Virus record (IMG/VR): IMGVR_UViG_3300027833_000174
Location: 1 to 29,209 of that record
Reading direction: 5' to 3' (one strand)
DNA length: 29,209 nt
From: a virus
Taxonomy: Duplodnaviria; Caudoviricetes
The notes beneath the pieces were generated by a model. It did no database searches, was not told where the DNA came from, and was given only the letters and a program-made list of their open reading frames with translations. Position 1 is the stretch's first letter. Every line of letters begins with the position of its first letter. The translations under genes were made by a program, and so were the position numbers. Positions 16,011 through 24,619 of this stretch are shown piece by piece.

Positions 16011-16976
16011 TTACTTAAGTTTATCTTCAAATTCACGAAGACGTTTATATACTGATAATAGTTCAATAATAGTAGACCATGATTTAAATAAGTACATCAT
16101 AGAACCTTCTACTTTACCAAAGGCACGTAATATTTGTTGCATAACACCAAGGGTAATTGCCCCTGATACAATAGCCGGAGCTAATACAATATAACCTACA
16201 AGTACGTTAGCTTGTAAGCAAGTTAAGCGTGCTACATTAAACCATGCGTAACGTGCGTAGTTAGTGTAGTGAATCTTGCGAACATCGTTAAATATTTCAT
16301 CAAGAGTCTTTGGACGAATTGTTGAATCGTCTTCCGCTTTAACTAGTAATTTACGATAGGCCGCTTCTCTAGCTTGGATGTCATATTCAACATTAACCAA
16401 ACGTAGGAGCTTTCCTGCAATTAATAGTATTAAGGTAATCCCTGCTGACCATATGATAGCAGACGCAACTAAACCATATTCCCACTCTCCAAAGAAAGCA
16501 ACAACAAGTCCAGAAGATAATCCCATAAGTATTGGGAAGAAGGCAATAAGTACCATGATGCTCTCTACAAAAGAAACACCTAGACCTTCCATTATTCTAG
16601 AGAACTTAATAGTGTCCTCTTGTACACGTTGTGCCGCGCCTTCTATACCTCTAGCCTTTTGAAACAAGGCGTGATACTTTTCTACCATACTGGTTCTCCA
16701 ACGGAATAACCAGTGTTGAGTAAAGAAAGCTACAGATAAAGCAACAGCAATATAAACAAAAGCAATCTTAGCAAAAGCAAACAACTCACCATAATATTGT
16801 GACATGGTTATAGTGTCTTCTCCTGATAGCGCTTGTTGTATCATATCATAGAAAGAGCCGAACCATTCATTAATTTGAACATCTAACTGTACTTGATACC
16901 AGAGTGTCCCTATTATAAATAATGAGCCAGCATAGGCCCACAAGAACCACTCTCTTGATTTAAAAAAGTCAAACAT
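16011..16976 (-). CDS. sbmA: SbmA/BacA-family inner-membrane transporter
   Basis: 321 aa multi-TM protein with INEWFGSFYDMIQQAL, HWLFRWRTSM, IEGAAQRVQEDT.KF, EAAYRK.LV and W.TIIELLS.YKRLREFE, all SbmA signature segments. Confidence 0.9.
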   Translation of the reverse strand: MFDFFKSREWFLWAYAGSLFIIGTLWYQVQLDVQINEWFGSFYDMIQQALSGEDTITMSQYYGELFAFAKIAFVYIAVALSVAFFTQHWLFRWRTSMVEKYHALFQKARGIEGAAQRVQEDTIKFSRIMEGLGVSFVESIMVLIAFFPILMGLSSGLVVAFFGEWEYGLVASAIIWSAGITLILLIAGKLLRLVNVEYDIQAREAAYRKLLVKAEDDSTIRPKTLDEIFNDVRKIHYTNYARYAWFNVARLTCLQANVLVGYIVLAPAIVSGAITLGVMQQILRAFGKVEGSMMYLFKSWSTIIELLSVYKRLREFEDKLK

Positions 16977-17416
16977 TATTTTGTCTCCTGTATTTCCCTA
17001 AGTGGTACTAGATTTTCAAGCTTCCAAGTGACTCTCGCCCCTTTTTCAGCCTCGCCTCTAGATCCTTTCATCCTAGGTTTTGCGCCCGCGTCTCTCATCT
17101 TTTTAGCTTCTTCAAGAGCTTTTGCAGTTTCTCTGTCGTAATCTATTTTATAAAGACGATGGCCTGTTTCTGTATCATACATCCACACTATTATATAATC
17201 GCCTTCTATTATGTGGTGTTGATAATTTACTTTTAACGGAGGAGTCCTTTCAATAGGTGCGCCTAAGTTATTATAGTAATAAATACCCGCTACCCCAAAG
17301 TATATTATTATAAGGGGAAGCGACATTAGTTTAATTATGCTAGATAGTTCTGACTTGTAACTAAAATAAGCAATTATTAAAGAGGTTATAAACCCCAGTA
17401 TAAGTAGTATTATCAT
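16976..17416 (-). CDS. membrane-anchored hypothetical protein (two N-terminal TMs plus soluble domain)
   Basis: 146 aa, coupled to both neighbours (ATGA and TAATG). Confidence 0.7.
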   Translation of the reverse strand: MIILLILGFITSLIIAYFSYKSELSSIIKLMSLPLIIIYFGVAGIYYYNNLGAPIERTPPLKVNYQHHIIEGDYIIVWMYDTETGHRLYKIDYDRETAKALEEAKKMRDAGAKPRMKGSRGEAEKGARVTWKLENLVPLREIQETK

Positions 17417-18012
17417 GGTACTCCTAATTCATACTTTGTTCTTATTTTTTGTTGAACCATTGTGTTCACATCTCTTATCCTTCCTTTGACGACATTAAAG
17501 CTTACAGCAGTCTTTTCCTGTTTAGGCCAATCTACATAAACATTGTCTTCATATATTACCTTATAAGGCTGTATCTGAACAACTCTTATGTTTATTGGAA
17601 ATAATTTCTCGTTAAACTGAGCAGAGAACATATGAACATTTATGACATATTCGCCGTCAGGTAAGTCTGTCAGGTTTACTACTTCATAGTTTCTCTTAAT
17701 CACTTTGGTAATGCCGTTAACCGTGTAAGTGTCATTAGTTTTCCCTAAGTCGTCTCTTGATAAAGTTACATATCCACTTTCTTTACTGGGATATCCTACA
17801 AGAGAATTTGGAGACTTAGCCCACAGGTCTACATCCCATTTGCTTTCGTCACCCCATCTAGCTTCAACCATAAGCTTTACGGGCGGGTCTACTAAACCTT
17901 TCTTTGCTATTGGATTTATAAGCAAGAAGGATATAATAAACAAACAAGTAAAACCGACTAACATGTTGAATAATAAGTCAATAAATGCCAAGTTAGATGA
18001 ATATCTTTTCAT
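17413..18012 (-). CDS. ExbD/MotB-type TM helix fused to YfaP (DUF2135)-like domain
   Basis: N-terminal AFIDLLFNML TM helix with the family Asp, then W....DVDLW..SP, LSRDDLG and YEVV.L..LPDGEYVINVHMF. Confidence 0.65.
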   Translation of the reverse strand: MKRYSSNLAFIDLLFNMLVGFTCLFIISFLLINPIAKKGLVDPPVKLMVEARWGDESKWDVDLWAKSPNSLVGYPSKESGYVTLSRDDLGKTNDTYTVNGITKVIKRNYEVVNLTDLPDGEYVINVHMFSAQFNEKLFPINIRVVQIQPYKVIYEDNVYVDWPKQEKTAVSFNVVKGRIRDVNTMVQQKIRTKYELGVP

Positions 18013-18013
18013 A

Positions 18014-18445
18014 TTAACTCTCCAATATTACTAATTGGTATTTCATAATTATTGAAGAAATTAATCCAACTAATGAAGTAAGCAATGCTGTACCCATGCC
18101 AGAGGCAAGAGTCTCAATAGCTTTCCTCATTGACTCAGTGTTAGAAGGGTCTAAGCCTTCAAATGTGCTGTATAACACAACTAAGAAACCCAATAGCGTA
18201 CCTACCATACCTAATGACAAAACCGCATCAGACATAAACCATTGGTTGTCACTAGCTTCTCTCACCTGAGTGTATGACTTATAAAGGTTAACTAAAGTAA
18301 AGACATATAATACAGATATATTTACAATAGATATATAAGTAAAGTCGTTATTGTAGATGAAGTCAATAGCACCATAATAATAACCTACATAAGAGGCTAC
18401 AACCATTAATACGAATACACTCCATATTTGCCAAAATCTAATCAT
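18014..18445 (-). CDS. MotA/TolQ/ExbB proton-channel family protein (minimal)
   Basis: LGMVGTLLGF ... LASGMGTALLTSLVGLISS channel hairpin. 143 aa with four hydrophobic segments. Confidence 0.85.
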   Translation of the reverse strand: MIRFWQIWSVFVLMVVASYVGYYYGAIDFIYNNDFTYISIVNISVLYVFTLVNLYKSYTQVREASDNQWFMSDAVLSLGMVGTLLGFLVVLYSTFEGLDPSNTESMRKAIETLASGMGTALLTSLVGLISSIIMKYQLVILES

Positions 18446-19092
18446 AGTGTTGAACCTCGTTGTGTAAAGAATGAATATCCAGCGATTAACTCACTTGACC
18501 ATATCATCCCAAATATTTCTTTATTATTAAAACCGTCATTAACACTTTCAAACATTCTGTAATAATCCACATTATCTACTACTACAAAGAACACATCAGG
18601 TTTACCAAAGTAATGTATAGCTCTAATCACTTGGTCAGACATTCCCATTTGTTTGTAGAATATAGTATCAGTTACCCCTTGTTTTTGACCAGAAACAAAA
18701 GCCTCTGTACCATCTACTATTGGAGTAGGTAGGTAAGCGGGGTGGAAACCAATAAGACCTTCTATATTGACTACTACCGCACCTAGCACAGTTACAGCAC
18801 AAGCAGACATACACTTGTCACCTTTAGAAACAAAGGCATTAAGTTTTAAGTCTTTCATAACATAAGCAGAAGCAATCCCTTCAAAGGCAGAACCACCACC
18901 TGAAGAGAACATTATTGTTTTTAAATTACTTTCAGTTGCTATATCATATAACCTCTGAGCACTTCCTTTTGTGTAATCACCTTCAAAGAATATAACTTCT
19001 TCTCCAGATTCTAAGGTTTTCATTGATAAGGTTTCCGCTGAAATCGCACTAGCTGATAACGCAGTTATGGCTACTAGTAAATATTTTAGCAT
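18442..19092 (-). CDS. secreted ClpP/crotonase-fold protein (COG3904-like)
   Basis: Signal peptide MLKYLLVAITALSASAISA, plus FSSGGGS, CMSAC and IGFHP motifs. Confidence 0.7.
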   Translation of the reverse strand: MLKYLLVAITALSASAISAETLSMKTLESGEEVIFFEGDYTKGSAQRLYDIATESNLKTIMFSSGGGSAFEGIASAYVMKDLKLNAFVSKGDKCMSACAVTVLGAVVVNIEGLIGFHPAYLPTPIVDGTEAFVSGQKQGVTDTIFYKQMGMSDQVIRAIHYFGKPDVFFVVVDNVDYYRMFESVNDGFNNKEIFGMIWSSELIAGYSFFTQRGSTL

Positions 19093-19116
19093 TATTTTTC
19101 CTTTCGGTTAAGTTGA

Positions 19117-19143
19117 GGCAGTTTATAGACATGCCAAGGTCTA
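19117..19143 (-). promoter_or_regulatory. candidate H-type RNA pseudoknot in operon leader
   Basis: UAGAC-CUU-GGCA-U-GUCUA-UAAAC-UGCC, ending about 11 nt before the AAAGGA RBS. Confidence 0.5.
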
Positions 19144-19148
19144 AGTTG

Positions 19149-19289
19149 TTATAATGTTTTCATTATTTCTTTTCTTTTAGTCTCAGTATAAGTACTCCAT
19201 TCTCGAATTTGTTTTAAGGTTCGGTTACAAGCAACACAACGGTCATTTTCTCCAATCCAACACTTTCTTAAACAAGGGCTACTTATCAT
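19149..19289 (-). CDS. DUF1289-family small Cys protein (not in ORF track)
   Basis: Read manually: 46 aa MISSPCLRKCWIGENDRCVACNRTLKQIREWSTYTETKRKEIMKTL. ATGA overlap with the RNR stop. Confidence 0.8.
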   Translation of the reverse strand: MISSPCLRKCWIGENDRCVACNRTLKQIREWSTYTETKRKEIMKTL

Positions 19290-21157
19290 AAGATTTCGCA
19301 AGCTCCTCCAGAACACGCTAAAGTTTGAGCGCCTTCAGTATTGTCTTCTTGCTCAAAGTTTGGTAACAATGAGAAGTCAACTTCAGGAAAGTCTGCAACA
19401 GCCTTAAGGAATTCTCCCTTAGAGATGTCTTGGTAAGGTGCTTGTTGGTATGTATGCTCTGAATATGGCAAGAATGATACACCGGTGATGTAATCAAAGT
19501 TATCATATACCCATGCACCAACATTCATCCACTCTTCATCCTTAACATAGACAGTAACACTCACAGAATGTTCTGACCAATGCTTTTGGAATAGTTTCCA
19601 GTTCTCAAGTTGTTCAATAGCTGATTGTTCGTTAGCTAGTGTAGCACCTTCAGGTGACTTGATAGGGAAAGAGAATACAGTTGTCTTATTGGGGTTCATT
19701 GCATCTGGCTCGTTAGGAACTCCTTGGTCTTTAAGAAGGTCTGTTAACGGGTCATTGTTTGCTTGTCTTACAGTACGTATGTAATACGGGCTGAAACGAC
19801 CATGAATACCAGAGCTACTGTCAACCAGCTGACTAACAGTGCCAGAGGGCTTAATAGTGGTGATGGCAGTCGCTGGATTAATGTCAAGCTTTTCTGCATA
19901 TTCTTTATTAATTTTGATTGATTCATCGCGTAGCCTTTCTAGCATAGCAGGGTCTGGGTTTCTTAGTATCTTACAGTCTTGGATACCTGTTAAGGACACC
20001 CCCAGTAGGCGCTCTTCTTCACAGTTCTTTTGCCATACTTTACGTACATATTTAAAGTCTGTAAGTGAAGCTTGTAGTGTACCTAATATAGTAGCTAACT
20101 TAATCTTACGGGCTAAGTCTTCTTCTGTATCGTTTACACGACATACAACCTCTGATAAGTTACATAGTTGACCATCACGTAACTGAATCTCAGCACAAGG
20201 GTTTGTACCTTTAATTAAGTCAGAATTACGACGATTCGGTGCTAATGCATGAGCGCCATATCTAGAGTAGATACCGCGTTCACCTGAACCAGATTTCATT
20301 AGTGAAACCCATTCGTCCATGAATACAGCCATAGAAGGCTTACTATCATAGGCGGCAGAGTTGTTAGCTAATGCTCTTTGTTGGTCACGTTCCCACCATG
20401 CACCTGACTTACAGTCACGTACTTCAGGGTCTAATAGGTCTGATACTGAGATGAGTGCAGAGCGTCTAACGCCTCCAACGACTACAACTTCAGCAATCTT
20501 ACATACTAGGTCGTGTACTTCGATAGGTCGTAATTTACGCCCACCCGCTTTATTAAATGTCATAGTGACAAAGTCAAATAATTCTATAAGCGGCCCCGGG
20601 CCTGAAGCCCTACCACCCATAGTTTTTAGTCTTGCGCCTTCTGGACGTACTTTAGAATAATCCCACTCATGGATATTTCCTAAATACAAGTCAGCGATTA
20701 ACTTACGTAAAGCTTTAGCCCAACCCTCTGCACTATCTTCTACAGTGATTACACGTTCAGTCTTTACGAAGTTGTCGTTAATAATAGGTAGTTTGTTTAC
20801 TTCTGCAGTCTCGCAAGAAAAACCAACACCAGTACCAGACATTAAGATATATAGTATCTCGTCAAACACTCGTGGGTGGTTTACTTGTTTAAAGCTACAG
20901 TTGTAGCCACGGAAAGGGTTTTGTGCTAATGCTTCTCCAGCACTCCACATTGCCCTCATTGATGGCATTACTTCTCTGTTTAATACGGCAGAGCGTAGTT
21001 GTTTAAACTCATCCTTAGTTAATACGTTATCGCTTATTTGGTTCTTCCAGAAACCAATCAGACGGTCTACAGTCTCCTCCCAAGTCTCACGACGGTTTTC
21101 ACTGTCTAGATACCTTGAGTAGCGAGAAAGATGGATGAATGATTCGTATGCGTTCAT
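19286..21157 (-). CDS. nrdJ: class II (adenosylcobalamin-dependent) ribonucleotide reductase
   Basis: RRETWEETVDR, YNCSF, GGVRRSALI, TNPCAEI, CNLSEV, TIKPSGTVSQL and C-terminal CSGGAC. No ATP cone and no beta subunit nearby. Confidence 0.9.
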   Translation of the reverse strand: MNAYESFIHLSRYSRYLDSENRRETWEETVDRLIGFWKNQISDNVLTKDEFKQLRSAVLNREVMPSMRAMWSAGEALAQNPFRGYNCSFKQVNHPRVFDEILYILMSGTGVGFSCETAEVNKLPIINDNFVKTERVITVEDSAEGWAKALRKLIADLYLGNIHEWDYSKVRPEGARLKTMGGRASGPGPLIELFDFVTMTFNKAGGRKLRPIEVHDLVCKIAEVVVVGGVRRSALISVSDLLDPEVRDCKSGAWWERDQQRALANNSAAYDSKPSMAVFMDEWVSLMKSGSGERGIYSRYGAHALAPNRRNSDLIKGTNPCAEIQLRDGQLCNLSEVVCRVNDTEEDLARKIKLATILGTLQASLTDFKYVRKVWQKNCEEERLLGVSLTGIQDCKILRNPDPAMLERLRDESIKINKEYAEKLDINPATAITTIKPSGTVSQLVDSSSGIHGRFSPYYIRTVRQANNDPLTDLLKDQGVPNEPDAMNPNKTTVFSFPIKSPEGATLANEQSAIEQLENWKLFQKHWSEHSVSVTVYVKDEEWMNVGAWVYDNFDYITGVSFLPYSEHTYQQAPYQDISKGEFLKAVADFPEVDFSLLPNFEQEDNTEGAQTLACSGGACEIL

Positions 21158-21161
21158 TTAG

Positions 21162-21467
21162 TTATTCCTTTGATTTAAGTTCTATTACTTCTTCTAGTAG
21201 TGTTGAGATTTTTTTACGTCTATCTATATCAACGTTGAATTCCTCTAACGCATATTCTTCTAATTCATCTTTCGACATTTCTTCTAAATCTTCTTCTTCT
21301 TCGGGTACATTGAGTGTTTCAATTTCCCACAAGTCACGCAAGTACTCTTTGTCTTCATCTGACATATCTTCTACTTGTTTTAAGAACACCTCTAGGTGTG
21401 CCTTGCTTTTAATAACTACTGAGATAAATTCCTCAAAGTATTTGTCCATTTGTTGTTTATGTAACAT
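21162..21467 (-). CDS. acidic hypothetical protein with C-terminal helix-extension-helix-like motif
   Basis: LEEMSKDELEEYA.E.FNVDIDRRKKISTL. Confidence 0.65.
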   Translation of the reverse strand: MLHKQQMDKYFEEFISVVIKSKAHLEVFLKQVEDMSDEDKEYLRDLWEIETLNVPEEEEDLEEMSKDELEEYALEEFNVDIDRRKKISTLLEEVIELKSKE

Positions 21468-21682
21468 TAGTGATAATCCTTTTTGTTTGCTTCTAACATC
21501 GTATTACACGCATAGTATAGTTGTAGGTTCATAGGGTCTGTAGGGTCCTCTTCATATTCATCTATGATGCCTTGTAAGAATTTCCTAATTGTTGGTGATA
21601 GTGTTGATGTGTCTGCTTTTCCTTCATAAAGTAGTTGAAGTATTACAGACACATAAATCAATTCATTGTCAGTCATGTTCAT
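21467..21682 (-). CDS. hypothetical protein
   Basis: 71 aa, tightly packed, TAATG coupling. Confidence 0.65.
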   Translation of the reverse strand: MNMTDNELIYVSVILQLLYEGKADTSTLSPTIRKFLQGIIDEYEEDPTDPMNLQLYYACNTMLEANKKDYH

Positions 21683-21684
21683 CT

Positions 21685-23352
21685 TTACACCCTTTGGAAT
21701 TGTGACCCAGCATCGTCGCTGGCTTCTTCGTAGTCGTTTCCCTTAGAGAGTCTACCAGTTGGAAAGTTATAAAGCAATGCTCCTGATGGGCCTGTAAGAC
21801 CAGTATAACGACATTTGAGTACTTTTGTTTTAATTGTGTTTCTTTCAACTTCATCGTTACTTCCCGAATCTCTAGCAAAAGCGATTATGTCCATGCTAAT
21901 TTGTTTAATAGAACCTGAACCACGAATATCATCCATGCTAGGTAGTTTACCTTCTTCGAACGACTTACCTTTGTTATCTGTCTTTCTCAAGTGTGAGATT
22001 AAGCCAATCCATACGTTATACTTCTTAGCAACACGCAGTAATTGATTCATTATCTTATCGATGGCTTCGTTTCCCGTAAGTCCTTCAGCACCTTCTGAAG
22101 CCAAGATTGTAATGTGGTCAACAAAGACATACTTAGCACCAGAAAGGCACATATACTCAAGGAAATCCATAATAGAGCCGTCAGAAATACTACCTTGATG
22201 GTCCAGTACAAGTACCCTATCATCCCCGAAAAGTTTATCATATCCAATTTTAAGTTCATCTAACGGTATCTCCTCTGCCGCCGGGTTTCTGTTTAATGCC
22301 ATGCCACTCATCTTACGAGCAGTTTCAGCGGGTGATTCCTCAAGAGAAACAATACCTATCTTGTCTTCTGTTACGTCTAACAAGTGTACTGCTATTTCTC
22401 TTAGGAGCGTTGATTTACCAGAACCTGTGCCTGAAGTCCAAAGAGTAATTTCTCCGGCCCTCATTCCTTTTAGCTTACCATTAAGACCGTTCATGCTATC
22501 AGGATAAGGCACTGATTCTAAGTTGTTGTAAGTTTCTAGTTGTGTCCACAGGTCTTCTTTAGTAAGAATACCGGCGGGTGTATAGTCAGTAGCATCATAT
22601 ACAGACTTAAGAACTTTATCAGGTTCTTTAATCCATAAGTCTGATGCATCTTTTTCAGTTGATTTGGCTATTTTAACTTTATCATAGCCGATAATACGCG
22701 CCGCTTCTTTCGTTGCTTCACGACCCGCTTCATCGCCATCAAACCATAAGATTACTTCGTCAAAGTTTCTAATCCAGTCTCTTTCTTCTACTAAGTCTTT
22801 TAGTGAAGAAGCAGAACGAACAGATACAACAGGATAGAATGTCTTGTAACGTTTAAACCATGCTGATTGTACAGCCATAGCGTCAAGCTCACCCTCTGTT
22901 ATAACTAATCGTTTGCCACCGTTATATAGTTGTTGGCCGAATAGACCACCTCTGACTTTACCGATAGAAGTAAACTTCTTTGGTAGTTGCCTTACCTTGT
23001 AACCAGATAGCTCATTGTTAATATGATAGGGATAGTAGTGACTATCAATCACACCATCTAAATCATAACCTACCTTCACACCGTAGTGTTCTGATACTTG
23101 TTTATATACGTTTCTTTCTCTGAAACCTCTTGATTGGAAGTCAGATTGGACTTCTGATAAGCTTGGCCCCCACGTATCTACCGCAGAGAAGCCATCGTCA
23201 TTATTTTTAGTAGTCATTTTGACTTCTCCTTTAGGTGCTTGATGTGATGTTCTACACGAAAAGCAGAACGTTGAACCGTCTTCATAGATTTGCATTGGGT
23301 CTGAACCACCACAATCATTACACGGTTGGTCTTTTGTTACTATTCTACCCAT
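21685..23352 (-). CDS. T7 gp4-like DNA primase-helicase
   Basis: Zn finger CNDC...CFSC, TOPRIM ITEGELD and FDGDEAG, Walker A SGTGSGKST, plus FVDHI, ISHL and RGSGSIKQ. Confidence 0.96.
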   Translation of the reverse strand: MGRIVTKDQPCNDCGGSDPMQIYEDGSTFCFSCRTSHQAPKGEVKMTTKNNDDGFSAVDTWGPSLSEVQSDFQSRGFRERNVYKQVSEHYGVKVGYDLDGVIDSHYYPYHINNELSGYKVRQLPKKFTSIGKVRGGLFGQQLYNGGKRLVITEGELDAMAVQSAWFKRYKTFYPVVSVRSASSLKDLVEERDWIRNFDEVILWFDGDEAGREATKEAARIIGYDKVKIAKSTEKDASDLWIKEPDKVLKSVYDATDYTPAGILTKEDLWTQLETYNNLESVPYPDSMNGLNGKLKGMRAGEITLWTSGTGSGKSTLLREIAVHLLDVTEDKIGIVSLEESPAETARKMSGMALNRNPAAEEIPLDELKIGYDKLFGDDRVLVLDHQGSISDGSIMDFLEYMCLSGAKYVFVDHITILASEGAEGLTGNEAIDKIMNQLLRVAKKYNVWIGLISHLRKTDNKGKSFEEGKLPSMDDIRGSGSIKQISMDIIAFARDSGSNDEVERNTIKTKVLKCRYTGLTGPSGALLYNFPTGRLSKGNDYEEASDDAGSQFQRV

Positions 23353-23360
23353 TATATCTC

Positions 23361-23858
23361 CTAATACTTCTTCATTAGTTCTTTGATATACTTACGAGTC
23401 TTTTCAGTAACCGCTTCTTTAGGAACAAACCTAATAGCGGCTATTTGTCTATTGTAGAAACGGGGAGTTGTTTTGTCTGATAAATATTCTGTCATTGATT
23501 CAGATACCATCTGACAATAAGCTTCTCCGTAATATAATCCGCCTTTGGTTTTGTAAACATCTACTATTTCAAATGTAAACTTATCGTGACCATACTTGGT
23601 TATATCTTTCTTTAAATGAGTTGAAGAGCCTGTGTAAGTCCTCCAAGTCATTTCTTTTCCGTAAGTCTTAGATTTCTTTTTGCCACCGTGAAAGAACTGT
23701 TTCTTACCCCAGTAGTATTGGTCTGTTACCGTATTATGTATACAATATAGAAAACCGAAAGCTTTACTAGGGTTAAACTTAACCTTAGTTTTCCAGTGAC
23801 CTATTTCAGACTTTAATAGCGTCTTCGTATACTTCTTTGTCGATAGTGAAGTGGTCAT
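23361..23858 (-). CDS. GIY-YIG-like endonuclease
   Basis: GFLYCIHN...YYWGKK, WRTYTGSS..L..DI..YG...F.FEI and FYN. Start position uncertain. Confidence 0.7.
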   Translation of the reverse strand: MTTSLSTKKYTKTLLKSEIGHWKTKVKFNPSKAFGFLYCIHNTVTDQYYWGKKQFFHGGKKKSKTYGKEMTWRTYTGSSTHLKKDITKYGHDKFTFEIVDVYKTKGGLYYGEAYCQMVSESMTEYLSDKTTPRFYNRQIAAIRFVPKEAVTEKTRKYIKELMKKY

Positions 23859-24537
23859 TAATATGCCTCCAGATATGTAGTAGTTTGCCGTTTAACAGCA
23901 TAGAGTTAAAGCCCTCTTCTCCGTAAGCATCGTGATACTCGCGGCATATTCTTTTAATTCGCTCTTTTTTATTTTTTGCTCCTTTTAGAATACCTTCAGC
24001 CTTCTTTGGACCTATGCCGTATATACCGGGAATGTTATCAACAGAATCACCCATTAATAATTGTTTCCAGTAGAAGTAGTCAGCCCACTCTTTATCGATT
24101 TGATATATTTGTTTTGTTCTAGGATTATAGTGTGTTCCCGGAATACAATCTAAATCTTTATCGATAGTTACTACGCAGTGTTGTATGTTTGCTTTTTTAG
24201 CTTCAACCGCCCATATTCTGACCATGTCGTCTGCTTCACAATTGTCTGTAATAATACATCCATCATAAAACTCAACAGTCCAAGACTTCAAATCATCAAA
24301 CCAATCAGGTTTATTAGATTTCGACTTAACACGACTAGCAGAGCGTTTATACTCTGAATACAAGTCAATGCGATAGTTATCAGGGCCACCCATAGCCATG
24401 ACGTAGTCTTTTGTAAATAAGCTGTTAGTAATGTCAGTAAAAGTAGTATTAAACTTACTCTTACCTTCTTCTAATGTATCTGAACCCCATACACTCATAT
24501 ATAGGAGAACATCACCATCTATTATAGCTAGTGTCAT
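23806..24537 (-). CDS. 5'-3' exonuclease (T7 gp6-like)
   Basis: IIDGDVLLY, YK..R, EADD, DKDL and GDSVDNIPGIYGIGPKKA (H3TH). Confidence 0.93.
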   Translation of the reverse strand: MTLAIIDGDVLLYMSVWGSDTLEEGKSKFNTTFTDITNSLFTKDYVMAMGGPDNYRIDLYSEYKRSASRVKSKSNKPDWFDDLKSWTVEFYDGCIITDNCEADDMVRIWAVEAKKANIQHCVVTIDKDLDCIPGTHYNPRTKQIYQIDKEWADYFYWKQLLMGDSVDNIPGIYGIGPKKAEGILKGAKNKKERIKRICREYHDAYGEEGFNSMLLNGKLLHIWRHINDHFTIDKEVYEDAIKV

Positions 24538-24579
24538 TAAATATTCCTTTAATTAACCCCGTAGAGGGGCGACCTTTGG

Positions 24580-24600
24580 TCATTATTCCGCCCTATTTTT
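24580..24600 (-). promoter_or_regulatory. 21-bp motif, copy 2
   Basis: Identical to 12925-12945. Lies 42 nt upstream of the exonuclease start, followed by a small CCCC-TCTAC-GGGG hairpin and RBS. Confidence 0.65.
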
Positions 24601-24619
24601 ATCCTTATTTTTAAGGTAA

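Noticed and set aside
17413-18445. Canonical Zorya (zorAB) or flagellar motAB call
   Set aside because: No long ZorA tail, no OmpA-like domain, no zorC/D/E, and no MotA cytoplasmic torque domain.
23361-23858. Intron- or intein-associated homing endonuclease
   Set aside because: The flanking exonuclease and primase genes are intact and the nuclease is free-standing. No inteins are evident in PolA, RNR, TerL or helicase given their lengths.
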